Below are positions 56,501 to 64,000 of a stretch of DNA of 64,000 bases, one piece after another. The position numbers and the translations under genes are program-made. The notes under the pieces were generated by a model, which searched no databases, had not been told where the DNA came from, and worked only from the letters and a program-made list of their open reading frames with translations. The DNA comes from Camelus dromedarius (taxonomy: Eukaryota): positions 21,640,001-21,704,000 of the forward strand of contig NC_087437.1 in the NCBI RefSeq assembly GCF_036321535.1. The letters are read 5' to 3'. Each line of letters begins with the position of its first letter. Position 1 is the first letter of the stretch.

Positions 56501-59500
56501 AGATATTCTATTTTCTCATTATTACTCTTGTAATATATGGATACACTTAAATTAAGAACAAAATAACATGCTTAACAAGTAACCTTAAAAATGACTTACT
56601 TCTGCATTGATCTGAACTCCAAGCACATCCACAAGAGCTCTACAAATATTTCTCACATAAACCTTCCTGACTTGTAAAGCAGATTCATATCCAGCTGGCA
56701 CGTATTTAAGGAAATACTGCAGTAAGTGGCACAAAGCTGCTTTTAGCAAATCAGACTTAAGCTGCATAAGCACACCATCTTCAAACATGACACAGAGTTT
56801 TTCTAGCAGCATACTTAAATAGACAGGCTCAATATTTCTATAAGCTTCTGCTTCAGAAGGGAACAGTGTCTTTATCAGCTTTGACAGTGGCTCTTCATAG
56901 AGTTTCAACTGGTCAGCATCCATTTCTCCAAGGTGTTTTAATAATCCCAAAAATGAGCTGAAAAAAGTGCTGGCTGGTTGTGCTGGTAGTCCTCCAAGCT
57001 CAAAGAGTTCAGTTAAAAGGCTAATTGCTAAAGATTTAACTTTTGGACTACCATACTCTAGCAGACCACAACCTATCCGCCAAAGTGAGAGTTCTTGCCT
57101 TCTAAAAAAGACAACTGCAATAATACGAATAAGAACCGTTAATAAAGTGACTTCAATAAGCTCTAAATTTTGCATGTTCATGAACTGCAAAGGAGCTGGT
57201 TGTAAATATCCAACATGTTCATCTAACTGACTTAAAAATCGGCTAACTACCACTGGCCATTCCACAGAGTGTCCCTCTGCATCTCTTTCGTGGAGGTAAA
57301 TCAGGTCTTCAAAAAGATGTAATAATTCCTTTGTCAGTACACCAAAAATAGCAGGACTCTTGCTTTTAAAAAGAAATAATAATGAGCAGATGACTTCACA
57401 GATTTTCTCATGTAACATATGACACGATGGAGTTGCTGCAATCCGCAGAAGTCTTGTTACAATCCAATTACTGAATTCTTTGAAATAAACAAAAGATATT
57501 AAATAAGTACATCAGAGGTGCTAATTAATTTGCTAAATGCTTGATGATTTATTTTTAAAGTATAAACTTCACTAACAAAATAGTCTAAAACATTCCCTAC
57601 ACAATGGAAACATATCATAATAATTTAAAATACCAATTTTGGAGTCAGACAAATTCCTAGCTTTCCATTTATCAGTTGTGTGAACTTTGCATTTCTCTAA
57701 ACCTCTGTAATTTCATTTATGAAAGGGAAATAATGACACCTACTTTACATGTTACCCTAAAGATCGACTAAGATAATATACATGAAATTCTCAGCATGTA
57801 CCTAAAGTTAAACAAATGCTCAATAAACAGTACTTACTTTCACTCCTTCAACAAATATTGAGTAGTGATTCTGTCCCAGGTGCATAAGAACAAATCAGAG
57901 GCCTGTCCTCATGAATACTATAAGGGGTTTCTCAAACTTTTTAACTATAACTAAGAGATATATTTTATTTCATGACAGTATATACATATGCATATTTGTT
58001 TCATTTATATACGTGAAACAAGTTTCATGAAATAGTACTTTTATTACACGCAACATAACATATTTTCTAGTCTGTTATATTTCATCTTCATAACCCACTA
58101 AATAGGTTATGACCTGTTGTTTAAAAACCAGTGTAGCAAAGGATATAGACAAACAGGTATTTATAATACAGTTTAATAACCACCATGACAGAAGCAGTGT
58201 TGAATACTCTGTACTGAGCATAAAGAAAAAGCAACTAAGCCAGTCCTAGGGTAGGCAGGCAGTGGTGGTCAGAAAAGACTTTTTGGAGGACATGCTATCA
58301 AAGTTAAGTCTTCAAATTCAAGCAAAAATTTTTTAAAATACTCTACGCACTGTACAGAAAAAAAAGATGTTTGTTTTACATTTCTATGAGGAAGCCAATA
58401 AAGGGACTATAGTAGTGGGAACTGTAAGAATAAAGCCTAGAAAAATGCTTCAACATCCAGAACAGGAGCCAGCAAACTTGTTCTTACAGGGCTAGATAGG
58501 AAATATTTTAGGCTTGAGGGTCAGCCGGTCTTCATGTCAACAACTCAATGTTGCCTGTGAAGTAGTTGCAGACAATTAAGTGTTCTTAGTGGCTTAATGA
58601 CTGTTACAACGAAATTTTGTTCACAAAAACATGCAGCCAGCCTGTGGGTGATAAGTCTGCTAATGCCTGATCTAGAAGAAGATTACCACAAACAGAAAAA
58701 AGAAAACTGCTGAAGTGTTCAATGGCAAATAAACATATTCAATTACCTCTGCTCCATTCTGGGTATCTAGTTCGTAACAAAGTAAAACAACAAGGATGCA
58801 TGAAATAAAACTAACCATTACCATTTTGCTCTCTCAATTTATAGCAAATTTGACTAAAATATGTGTAACAAAGTGTGTTACATTTCAGAAGAGCAGAAGA
58901 AGATAGATTTCATAAAAGAGATAGCAAAGGAATGCACAAATAGCAGGACGTACCAATACAACTGCCTTTAGCCTCATTTTGCCCATGGCTTCCATTCACA
59001 TTTACAAACATAAGTGGGGAGGACTTCATGATATGCTGAATGAAATCAAGCAACATCACAGAGGTTGGCTGAGAGTCAGTTTTCTTTACAAGTTCTAGAG
59101 CAACTAAAACAAGAAAAAATTCATTTAAAAAAGTCATGACAAATTAAATGGCAGTCCTTTTGTTAAGAAACTAGCACTATAATCCTATGTTTCTACTTTT
59201 AAATGTTTAGTAATCATGTATATTCATCTATTACTCATTCATTCACCAAACATATGCTATAGGCTTACAATATGCCTGGTACTATATTAAATCTGAGGAC
59301 AAAAAAAACCACTCACAATCAGGTATGGGAGTCAGACAAATAAACTAGTAATTATAATACAATATGTTAACTACAGTAATCCAGAATAGTGGAAACAAGT
59401 GTCTGGGAACATGCTGTGAAGGAGATGATTCCTAGATGAGGAGAAGTTGGTCAAGCAGGGAGGGTAAGGGCAAGCGGTCTAAACAGATGGAATAGCATAT

Positions 59501-60267
59501 GAAAACATGTTTTGCAAGTATTCAGTAGTCTGTTGTTATTTTTAGACAACTCATAATTTTACTGATTGAAAAAGAAAAGCTAAATGACTATTATAAGTCA
59601 TAAAATCTGTGCCAAATTTGGAATTAAATTTATAAATTTAAAGCACTCTATATTACTCCTTCCATGTAATTTTAACAGACAGGACACATATGACACCATC
59701 TTGACAAGCTGGTAATATCTGTCTTTCAGACCACCACAAACAGGAAATAGGTGATCAACCACTCACAAAATCTCATTACATCCCATAGACAAAGTCACCA
59801 ACTCTTATTTAGAATTTTTTTTGATAGCATTTGCTGTTTCTCAACCACTGGCACTAGGCCTAGCTAAAATAGGGAATGTATCATTAGAACTTGCCAAATA
59901 TTTTTTAATCTATAGTACTACATATCAAATAAGAACTCATAGCAAGCAGCAGAAAATCTAGAAAACAAAGAGGAAACTAGAATTACTTTAAAATCTTAAA
60001 TTGTATTATATAACAAGTAACACTGTAAATAACTTGCTTGAAAATAGTAACATCGTGAATTCTAACTATATATCTAAAACTACATGGAGAGAAAAATATC
60101 TAGTATAATGCTGTATACATGGAAAAGAAAACAATTTAATTTATAAAATTTATATAAGAAATAACTGTTTCTTACCAACATTTACATCTGTAAGTATTCT
60201 GTCAATGAACTGACATAGAATTTGTCTTGGCTTCTGTACAATGGTGTTATATTCCTCTGGACTGGCA
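213..60267 (-). CDS. ATR: ATR serine/threonine kinase, partial multi-exon gene (exons 2-37; HEAT repeats, UME and most of the FAT domain)
   Basis: 36 exons with GT-AG boundaries and matching phases join into one reading frame. Recognised ATR peptides include [51 protein letters not shown] and [20 protein letters not shown]. Confidence 0.99.
630..1442 (-). mobile_element. LINE-1 ORF2 C-terminal remnant plus 3'UTR, extreme 3' tail missing
   Basis: Minus strand reads [21 protein letters not shown] (typical L1 ORF2 C-terminus). The 3'UTR motif ccctgtgctatacag is shared with other L1 ends in the window. Confidence 0.85.
1443..2785 (-). mobile_element. LINE-1 5'UTR plus decayed N-terminal ORF1
   Basis: GC-richer 2050-2780 segment followed by frameshifted ORF1-like peptides ([52 protein letters not shown]). 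Confidence 0.8.
2787..4244 (-). mobile_element. Tigger1 (TcMar/pogo) DNA transposon, 5' half with decayed transposase
   Basis: Minus strand begins TA|CAGGCATACCTC (Tigger1 terminus). Peptides [21 protein letters not shown] and [39 protein letters not shown]. Confidence 0.93.
5226..5270. repeat. Tandem duplication, 23-nt period
   Basis: gataatacactaatatatgaaa at 5226-5247 and 5249-5270, with a degenerate partial copy near 5208. Confidence 0.9.
5491..5558. repeat. Compound (TA)n/(TG)n microsatellite
   Basis: 68 nt of alternating pyrimidine-purine ending in (TA)14. Confidence 0.95.
5560..5697 (-). mobile_element. tRNA-derived SINE (camelid Vic-1-like)
   Basis: Minus strand GGGGAGGGTATAGCTCAAGTGGTAGAG (A box)...GGTTCAATCCCC (B box), AT-rich tail and poly(A). 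Confidence 0.88.
5950..6092 (-). CDS. ATR: ATR exon 36 (143 nt)
   Basis: [54 protein letters not shown] donor. Confidence 0.95.
7424..8012 (+). mobile_element. MaLR LTR (MLT1A-like), split by an L1 fragment
   Basis: caaattcatacgttgaagcctaat...gattagtgcccttataaaagagg...ccctcaccagacactgaatctgc...cagcctctagaactgtgagaaataaa. Confidence 0.85.
7700..7930 (+). mobile_element. 5'-truncated L1 3' end
   Basis: tactgtatagcacagggaaatat...gacacaacatt..aatgactata with an A tail, inserted in the MLT1. Confidence 0.8.
8642..8797 (-). mobile_element. Short L1 3' end
   Basis: poly(T), then atagtcagttaacaatgtgtc...ccctgtgctatacaga. Confidence 0.85.
8880..9172 (-). mobile_element. L1 3' fragment with 17-bp TSD
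   Basis: cttgcctttacattctt at 8863-8879 and 9173-9189. Confidence 0.85.
10531..10710 (-). CDS. ATR: ATR exon 35 (180 nt)
   Basis: [60 protein letters not shown]. Confidence 0.96.
10880..11790. mobile_element. Degenerate L2
   Basis: (ttca)n terminus and purine-rich L2-like motifs (ttttagaaagatgaccactg; gagtttaaggt). Confidence 0.55.
12413..12572 (-). CDS. ATR: ATR exon 34 (160 nt)
   Basis: [53 protein letters not shown]. Confidence 0.97.
12716..12803 (-). mobile_element. tRNA-derived SINE (Vic-1-like)
   Basis: ggggattgaacctagg...tgcactctaccactgagctata; same family as 5560-5697. Confidence 0.88.
13020..13355 (+). mobile_element. L1 3' end with 17-bp TSD
   Basis: agaaaaatacagattca at 13003-13019 and 13356-13372; L1 3'UTR motifs (aatgaactcatctacaaaacaga; gtatagcacaggg). 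Confidence 0.9.
13467..13646 (-). CDS. ATR: ATR exon 33 (180 nt)
   Basis: [15 protein letters not shown]...[44 protein letters not shown] donor. Confidence 0.95.
14838..15015 (-). CDS. ATR: ATR exon 32 (178 nt)
   Basis: [21 protein letters not shown]...[24 protein letters not shown]. Confidence 0.96.
15250..15341 (-). CDS. ATR: ATR exon 31 (92 nt)
   Basis: [30 protein letters not shown]. Confidence 0.95.
17843..17934 (-). CDS. ATR: ATR exon 30 (92 nt)
   Basis: [30 protein letters not shown]. Confidence 0.95.
18977..19141 (-). CDS. ATR: ATR exon 29 (165 nt)
   Basis: [55 protein letters not shown]. Confidence 0.95.
19450..20770. mobile_element. Degenerate L2 (hosts a SINE)
   Basis: Purine-rich L2-like motifs (gtggtcaaatgatgcc..gaggttaag; ggatttggtaacatgggggccactg). 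Confidence 0.6.
20188..20274 (+). mobile_element. tRNA-derived SINE (Vic-1-like) with TSD
   Basis: gggagggtatagctcag...ggttcaatcc...A tail; TSD aagaaca(g/a)aagtag at 20174-20187 and 20275-20288. Confidence 0.92.
21648..21826 (-). CDS. ATR: ATR exon 28 (179 nt)
   Basis: [59 protein letters not shown]. Confidence 0.95.
23528..23549. repeat. (CA)n microsatellite
   Basis: About 11 CA units. Confidence 0.9.
23949..24159 (-). CDS. ATR: ATR exon 27 (211 nt)
   Basis: [15 protein letters not shown]...[27 protein letters not shown]...NKVDSV. Confidence 0.96.
24972..25109 (-). CDS. ATR: ATR exon 26 (138 nt)
   Basis: [46 protein letters not shown]. Confidence 0.95.
26443..26563 (-). CDS. ATR: ATR exon 25 (121 nt)
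   Basis: [40 protein letters not shown]. Confidence 0.95.
28860..29070. mobile_element. MIR
   Basis: attttcaagatgaaaaaactaagac...cttgcccaagac..cagagctaggaaatgcagagccaagattcaa. Confidence 0.7.
29919..30034 (-). CDS. ATR: ATR exon 24 (116 nt)
   Basis: [46 protein letters not shown] donor. Confidence 0.95.
30591..30776 (-). mobile_element. Short L1 3' end with perfect 17-bp TSD
   Basis: tctaatatcaatcttta at 30574-30590 and 30777-30793; (ttta)n tail. Confidence 0.92.
31180..31527 (+). mobile_element. L1MA-type 3' end with 11-bp TSD
   Basis: aaaaacactaa at 31169-31179 and 31528-31538; gagtaaatcctaaagagttctcatcac...caataaaactgg. Confidence 0.85.
31550..32360. mobile_element. Degenerate L2
   Basis: ctccactgaaactgctcttgtcaaggtcactaatgacc is a classic L2 motif. 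Confidence 0.7.
33255..33368 (-). CDS. ATR: ATR exon 23 (114 nt)
   Basis: [38 protein letters not shown]; acceptor ttattgag, donor CAG|GTAAG. Confidence 0.94.
34073..34279 (-). CDS. ATR: ATR exon 22 (207 nt)
   Basis: [56 protein letters not shown]...KDFTFV. Confidence 0.96.
36700..36825 (-). CDS. ATR: ATR exon 21 (126 nt)
   Basis: [42 protein letters not shown]. Confidence 0.95.
37813..37906 (-). CDS. ATR: ATR exon 20 (94 nt)
   Basis: [31 protein letters not shown]. Confidence 0.96.
38108..38500 (+). mobile_element. MaLR LTR (MLT1F/G/H-like)
   Basis: aatagaatatggga...ggcagcttctg...gagtcaccatgtaagtctggccacc...cccagcccagattgcaaaattatgag. Confidence 0.65.
39851..39994 (-). CDS. ATR: ATR exon 19 (144 nt)
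   Basis: [47 protein letters not shown]. Confidence 0.95.
40130..41250 (+). mobile_element. Old L1MC-type 3' fragments, with (CA)n at about 40224-40242
   Basis: L1MC-like 3' motifs (cttatctggattctaattcaaacaaacc; ggggttcattctattattttctcta). Confidence 0.6.
41395..41525 (-). CDS. ATR: ATR exon 18 (131 nt)
   Basis: [43 protein letters not shown]. Confidence 0.96.
42446..42650 (+). mobile_element. MER33/MER3-like hAT-Charlie MITE, partial
   Basis: gcactgatccgtatggtagcc...aaatgtaaaatacacaccagat; homologous to 60495-60812. Confidence 0.7.
42810..43120 (+). mobile_element. MLT1J/K-like LTR remnant
   Basis: ctagttacagagccaaccaattcc..taagccagtctggatgtgttttctgtc. Confidence 0.5.
43305..43397 (-). 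CDS. ATR: ATR exon 17 (93 nt)
   Basis: [31 protein letters not shown]; long pyrimidine tract, ATG|GTAGG donor. Confidence 0.95.
43990..44200. mobile_element. MIR
   Basis: cacttcctagcatgtgatgctggataagttatttagctcctctgagtc...gagttgttgtagagattaaataagataa. Confidence 0.7.
44710..45610. mobile_element. Degenerate L2
   Basis: gtgcaaaggctgtgatgcaggaa; gttaggaggcttttatagttgtcc; ctaggtttttgattttagcaactaggtaga. Confidence 0.6.
46044..46229 (-). CDS. ATR: ATR exon 16 (186 nt)
   Basis: [25 protein letters not shown]...[16 protein letters not shown] donor. Confidence 0.96.
46560..46810. mobile_element. MIR
   Basis: tgtgacttggacaagtaacc...ctctctgccttagttttcgcctctataaaatggaaaaataatagtacc. Confidence 0.75.
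47499..47693 (-). CDS. ATR: ATR exon 15 (195 nt)
   Basis: [23 protein letters not shown]...[19 protein letters not shown] donor. Confidence 0.96.
49218..49266 (-). mobile_element. About 50-nt L1 extreme 3' tip with 13-bp TSD
   Basis: ccagattttcttt at 49205-49217 and 49267-49279 flanking tttattgaagtatagtcagtttacaatgttgtg. Confidence 0.88.
49359..49529 (-). CDS. ATR: ATR exon 14 (171 nt)
   Basis: [20 protein letters not shown]...[18 protein letters not shown] donor. Confidence 0.96.
50149..50320 (-). CDS. ATR: ATR exon 13 (172 nt)
   Basis: [34 protein letters not shown]...[16 protein letters not shown] donor. Confidence 0.96.
50515..50615 (-). CDS. ATR: ATR exon 12 (101 nt)
   Basis: [33 protein letters not shown]; preceded by a 91-nt intron. 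Confidence 0.96.
50707..50897 (-). CDS. ATR: ATR exon 11 (191 nt)
   Basis: [22 protein letters not shown]...EDGFIKE; tttag acceptor, AG|GTTGAT donor. Confidence 0.95.
51813..52075 (-). CDS. ATR: ATR exon 10 (263 nt)
   Basis: [31 protein letters not shown]...[12 protein letters not shown]; cccag acceptor, G|GTGAG donor. Confidence 0.96.
52305..52497 (-). CDS. ATR: ATR exon 9 (193 nt)
   Basis: [27 protein letters not shown]...[13 protein letters not shown]; ttcag acceptor, AT|GTATGT donor. Confidence 0.95.
53086..53238 (-). CDS. ATR: ATR exon 8 (153 nt)
   Basis: [27 protein letters not shown]...KISDSY; tgtag acceptor, T|GTAAG donor. Confidence 0.95.
53716..53906 (-). CDS. ATR: ATR exon 7 (191 nt)
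   Basis: [29 protein letters not shown]...YDALIYIQ; tgcag acceptor, G|GTGAG donor. Confidence 0.95.
54919..55110 (-). CDS. ATR: ATR exon 6 (192 nt)
   Basis: [24 protein letters not shown]...VHCSHQNMD; ttcag acceptor, TG|GTAAA donor. Confidence 0.95.
55591..55769 (-). CDS. ATR: ATR exon 5 (179 nt)
   Basis: [18 protein letters not shown]...[26 protein letters not shown]; ctcag acceptor, GA|GTATG donor. Confidence 0.96.
56600..57477 (-). CDS. ATR: ATR exon 4 (878 nt)
   Basis: [28 protein letters not shown]...VLGVQINAE; overlaps the 277-aa ORF; GAA|GTAAGT donor. Confidence 0.97.
57922..58133. mobile_element. hAT-Charlie-type MITE remnant
   Basis: Degenerate inverted termini ggtttctcaaac...gtttaaaaaccagtg. 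Confidence 0.5.
58463..58669 (+). mobile_element. MER58A-like hAT-Charlie MITE
   Basis: cagg..agcaaact...tctgctaatgcctg termini; 8-bp TSD atccagaa / atctagaa. Confidence 0.8.
58954..59103 (-). CDS. ATR: ATR exon 3 (150 nt)
   Basis: [49 protein letters not shown]; tttag acceptor, G|GTACG donor. Confidence 0.95.
60176..60267 (-). CDS. ATR: ATR exon 2 (92 nt)
   Basis: [30 protein letters not shown]; ttttag acceptor, G|GTAAG donor; not in ORF track. Confidence 0.95.
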
Positions 60268-60494
60268 CTAAAATACAAATAAAACGTTTTTAACCCTTAA
60301 AAGGGACTAACAATTTCATTTGTAAAAAATTATCTACAGTTGAACTTACTAAGTATGTTTTAGTCTTAATGTTGACATTCACAGTATCCTTCTGTTTAAA
60401 AACGAAAGGAAAATCTAAATACATGTTACTGATTTACAAGGAAAAAAAGAACATGCTAAATGACACCACAGGCATCCAGTCTGCAAAGTCTAGG

Positions 60495-60812
60495 CTTGCA
60501 CTGTCCAATATGGTAGCCCTTATTACACGCAGCTTTTGAGAATTTGATATGTAGTAAGTCCAAAATGAAATGTGCTACAAATAAAAAATACACATTGGAT
60601 TCTGAATATTCATACCAGAAATATATAATATTGCTTTAATAATTTTATATTAATTACATGTTGAAACAATAATATCTGGATATACTGAGTTAAATAATAT
60701 ATATAATTAAAAATTAATTTCACCTATTTCCTTTCTCCATTTTGCAATGTAGCTACTAGAAAAATTTCAAATATATATGTGGCTTCCATTATAGTTCTAT
60801 TGAACAGTGCTG
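60495..60812 (+). mobile_element. MER33-like hAT-Charlie MITE, full length
   Basis: Inverted termini gcactgtccaata...tattgaacagtgc; about 320 bp. Confidence 0.8.
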
Positions 60813-62164
60813 ATTTAGACTTTTAGAAAATCTATAGAAAATACTTTTTCCAACAAGAAAATTCCAAGTGAAAAAAGAGGAGGAGAAACCTATAATGAAG
60901 ACATAGAACCATATAAACCAATTACATGATCCTACACTGGATTCTGATTAAAAAATAAAAAACTAATAGCAAACTACATATGACAATGAGGAAAATTCAA
61001 ACACAGACTAGATATTTGATATTGTTAAGAATTATCTCTTTAGGTGTGATAATGGTATTGTGGTATGTTTAAAAGGTCTTTATCCTTTAGAGATAAATAC
61101 TAATGTTTACAGATAAAAAGATGTCTGGAATTTGCTGCAAAGTAATCTGATAAGAGGAAGAGAGCCATAAACTAATAATTATTAGGTGAAATGGGAAATC
61201 AACATATCATTGTATCTTTTATTTCATGTTTGATATTTTCCACAATAAAAATTGAATAAAAAGTTAGGAAAAAATACACATATTGAGTCTCAGGTCCAAT
61301 CAAGAAAAAATAATAGTAAAAGGAGATACAATAATTAAGCAGAGGAAGAATATCCTAAAATCTTGAATGAATTCAACTTGAGTTCCATGATTTGGTGTAA
61401 ACCACCAAAGAATAAATATAAGAATATAATAGACAGTTTGTGTCCCATTACATAATGAAGAATCACACAGTCATTCATGTCATCAGCATTCATCCAGTAC
61501 CTACAATGTGCCACACAACACATGAGAAGCTACTGCTGGGAAGAAGAAAGACAGTTTAGTGGAGGAGACTGATAAGTCAACCTAGCCCTCTCCTGAGCCT
61601 GGATTATGAAGCCATTCACCAAAAACAGTTAACAGAGGTGGAAGCACAGGTCTGGGGAGAAAAAAGAACAGTTTTAGAAATACTGAGTTTAAAGTCTCAA
61701 GGGAACAACTAAGTGGGATGTCCAAGAGATTGTTGTTACAGTTCCAGACCTCAAGAAACATGTAGCCTAGAGATATTGATTAAGTTATCATTAGAAAATA
61801 ATACATATCAAACAAGGCTACACATGTATTATTTCATATTTCACAAGAAATAAGATAGGGATATTAAATCCTATTTGCATATGAGGAGACTGATGCTCAT
61901 AGAAATTACATACGTATCACTATTAGCGCTAGTAGTAGTGGAAGCCTTGGATATGAATGCAAATGTATTAAGTAACAAGAAAGCCAAAGAGAGAGCCCTA
62001 AGTCAAGGTTAGAGGAGTCATGAAGGAGAAAAGGAAAGAGGGCCAGAGAAACAGAAAGAAAAACCATGAGAGATGTGTTCTAGAATCCAAGGAGGTTAGA
62101 ATTTTAAGGAGGGAGGTATCAACAGGATCAAATAAAATTAGTTTGTTAAAAACTCCTTTGGATA

Positions 62165-63280
62165 TTTTTTAATCATGGTGAAATACACATAACATAAAAT
62201 TTACCATTTTAACCATTTTTAAGTGTATAGTTCTGTAGCATTAAGTACATTCACACTATCCTATACCATCACCATCATTCCTCTCCGGAACTTTTTCATT
62301 TTCCCAAATTGAAACTGTACTCATTAAACAATATCTCCCCATTTCCCCCTCCTCCCAATCTTCGGTAACCATAATTGTATCTCAATGAATTTCACTACTT
62401 ATGTCATATAAGTTGAATCTTAACATTTGTCCTTTTGTGACCGACTTATTTCACTTAGCATAGTGTCTTCACAGTTCATGCATGTTGTAGCATGTGTTGG
62501 AATTTCCTTCCTAAGGCTAAATAATATTCCACAGTGTGTATATAATACATTTTATTTATCCATCCATCCTTACATAGGCACTCAGGTTGCTTCCACTTTT
62601 TGGCTACTGCGAATAACACCCCTATGAAATGGATTCAGTTATGTTGGGTATATACCTAGAAGTGGAAATACTGGATCATACGGTAATTCTGTTTAATTTT
62701 TTGAAAAACTGCCATACTGCTTCCACAACACCTGTACCATTTTACATCTCTATCAACAATATACAAAGGCTCCAATACTTCCTTATCCTCACTAACACTT
62801 GTTACTACTATTATTTTTTTAATAGCAGCCGTCCTCATGGGTCTGCAGTGTTATCTTTCAATTCGCAATTCCATAGTAATTAGAGATGGTGAACATCTTT
62901 TCATGTGAGTTTTGCCCATCTGTCTTTCTTCTTCGGAGAAAGCCCACTCTCCATTTTTATATCAGCTTGTTTTTTGTTGCTGTTATTGACCTGCAGTTCT
63001 TACTATATTCTGGATATTAACTCCTTATCAGATATGATTTACAAACATTTTCTTTCTTTCCATAGGTTGCCTTTACACTCTGTTGATGCTGTCTTTTGAT
63101 GCACAAAATGTTTTAATTTTAATGAATTTTAATTTGATCTATTTTTTCATATGCTGTCATGCTTTTGGTGTCATATCCAGGAAATCACAAGAAGCTTTTC
63201 CTGTAAGAGTTCTCTTCTAAAAGTTTTATAGTTTTAGCTTTTATGTTTAGGTCTTTGATCCACTTTGAGGTAATTTTTTA
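62165..63280 (-). mobile_element. L1MB-type 3' region
   Basis: aaatacacataacataaaatttaccattttaacc...ttttatagttttagcttttatgtttaggtctttgatcc. Confidence 0.85.
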
Positions 63281-64000
63281 ATGTCCTTTGGATTTCAAAG
63301 TTTTAATGTAGAGGTGAAGGCAGAAACCAGATTGCAAGGAGTTGAAAAGCAAATGAAATGTGAATATTGAGAAGAGCATTCTCTTTCTAAAATTTGACCA
63401 TGAAATGCAGAATTGGGGTTAGTGGTAACTAAAGGAATATATGAGGTCAAGAGGGTTTAGTTAGTTTTGTTTTGTTTCCTGTAAGATAGAGAGACTTCAA
63501 CAACTGATTCTTGAAACTTGGCTTTCCTCCCTGGCACCATGTACAAGTAAAGAGATAATCTGCAGACAGGAGGATTATTATTAATCCTAATGATAATCAT
63601 TAATACATATTCATTAATACAAGAGGAAAAAATGGGTAGAGATACTAATAATATAATGAACTCAAAAGGCAAATAAAAGAAGAAAAGATCCTCTGCTTCA
63701 AGGAAGTTGCTGGGGAGAGGGGAAGAATGCACACAAATAATTTTAAGGAAGTGTCATACACACCCAAAGCAGGAAATAACTAACTCTGTCTAGAGGATTC
63801 ATGAAAAGCTGTGTATAAATGATTAGATCAGTCTATCATTTCTACTGACAAAACAGCTGAGGATGTAGTAGGTAAGTAAGCTGGATATTTATAAAGAATA
63901 AAATTATGTATTTCATATAATGACAACTTAATACATCTGTATGCACTGTAAAATGTACATATATTTTTCCCACTTATCTTAAACAATGCTAAAAGAAAAA

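Noticed and set aside
56967..57230. Plus-strand ORFs overlapping exons (also 50156, 25036, 19017, 14961)
   Set aside because: Antisense shadows of ATR coding exons with no independent support.
213..60267. U12-type (minor) introns
   Set aside because: Several donors start GTAT but none has the GTATCCTT consensus, and there are no AT-AC boundaries.
60268..64000. ATR exon 1 or CpG-island promoter
   Set aside because: No CpG island or N-terminal coding sequence here; this is repeat-filled intron 1 and exon 1 lies beyond the window.

Overview
Mammalian genomic DNA: AT-rich, CpG-poor and dense in repeats. The whole window lies inside one minus-strand gene, ATR (ATM- and Rad3-related PIKK checkpoint kinase). 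I traced 36 consecutive coding exons, equivalent to human exons 2-37 (60267 down to 213), all with GT-AG boundaries and consistent phases. Exon lengths match the human structure as I recall it, except exon 3 (+9 nt). Exon 1/promoter and the kinase/FATC exons lie outside the window. Three tRNA-derived SINEs resembling the camelid Vic-1 family suggest an alpaca/llama/camel source (inference). The introns hold L1, L2, MIR, MLT1, Tigger1 and hAT/MER relics, several with clean target-site duplications (TSDs). I see no convincing novel biological system. The most unusual items are an L1 whose ORF1 remnant joins in frame to the ORF2 C-terminus in intron 36, a rare GAG splice acceptor at exon 23, a coding A11 run in exon 10, poly(A)-only insertions with TSDs, and L1 fragments truncated at the same internal A-tract. 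Repeat subfamily names and boundaries are by-eye calls and approximate.
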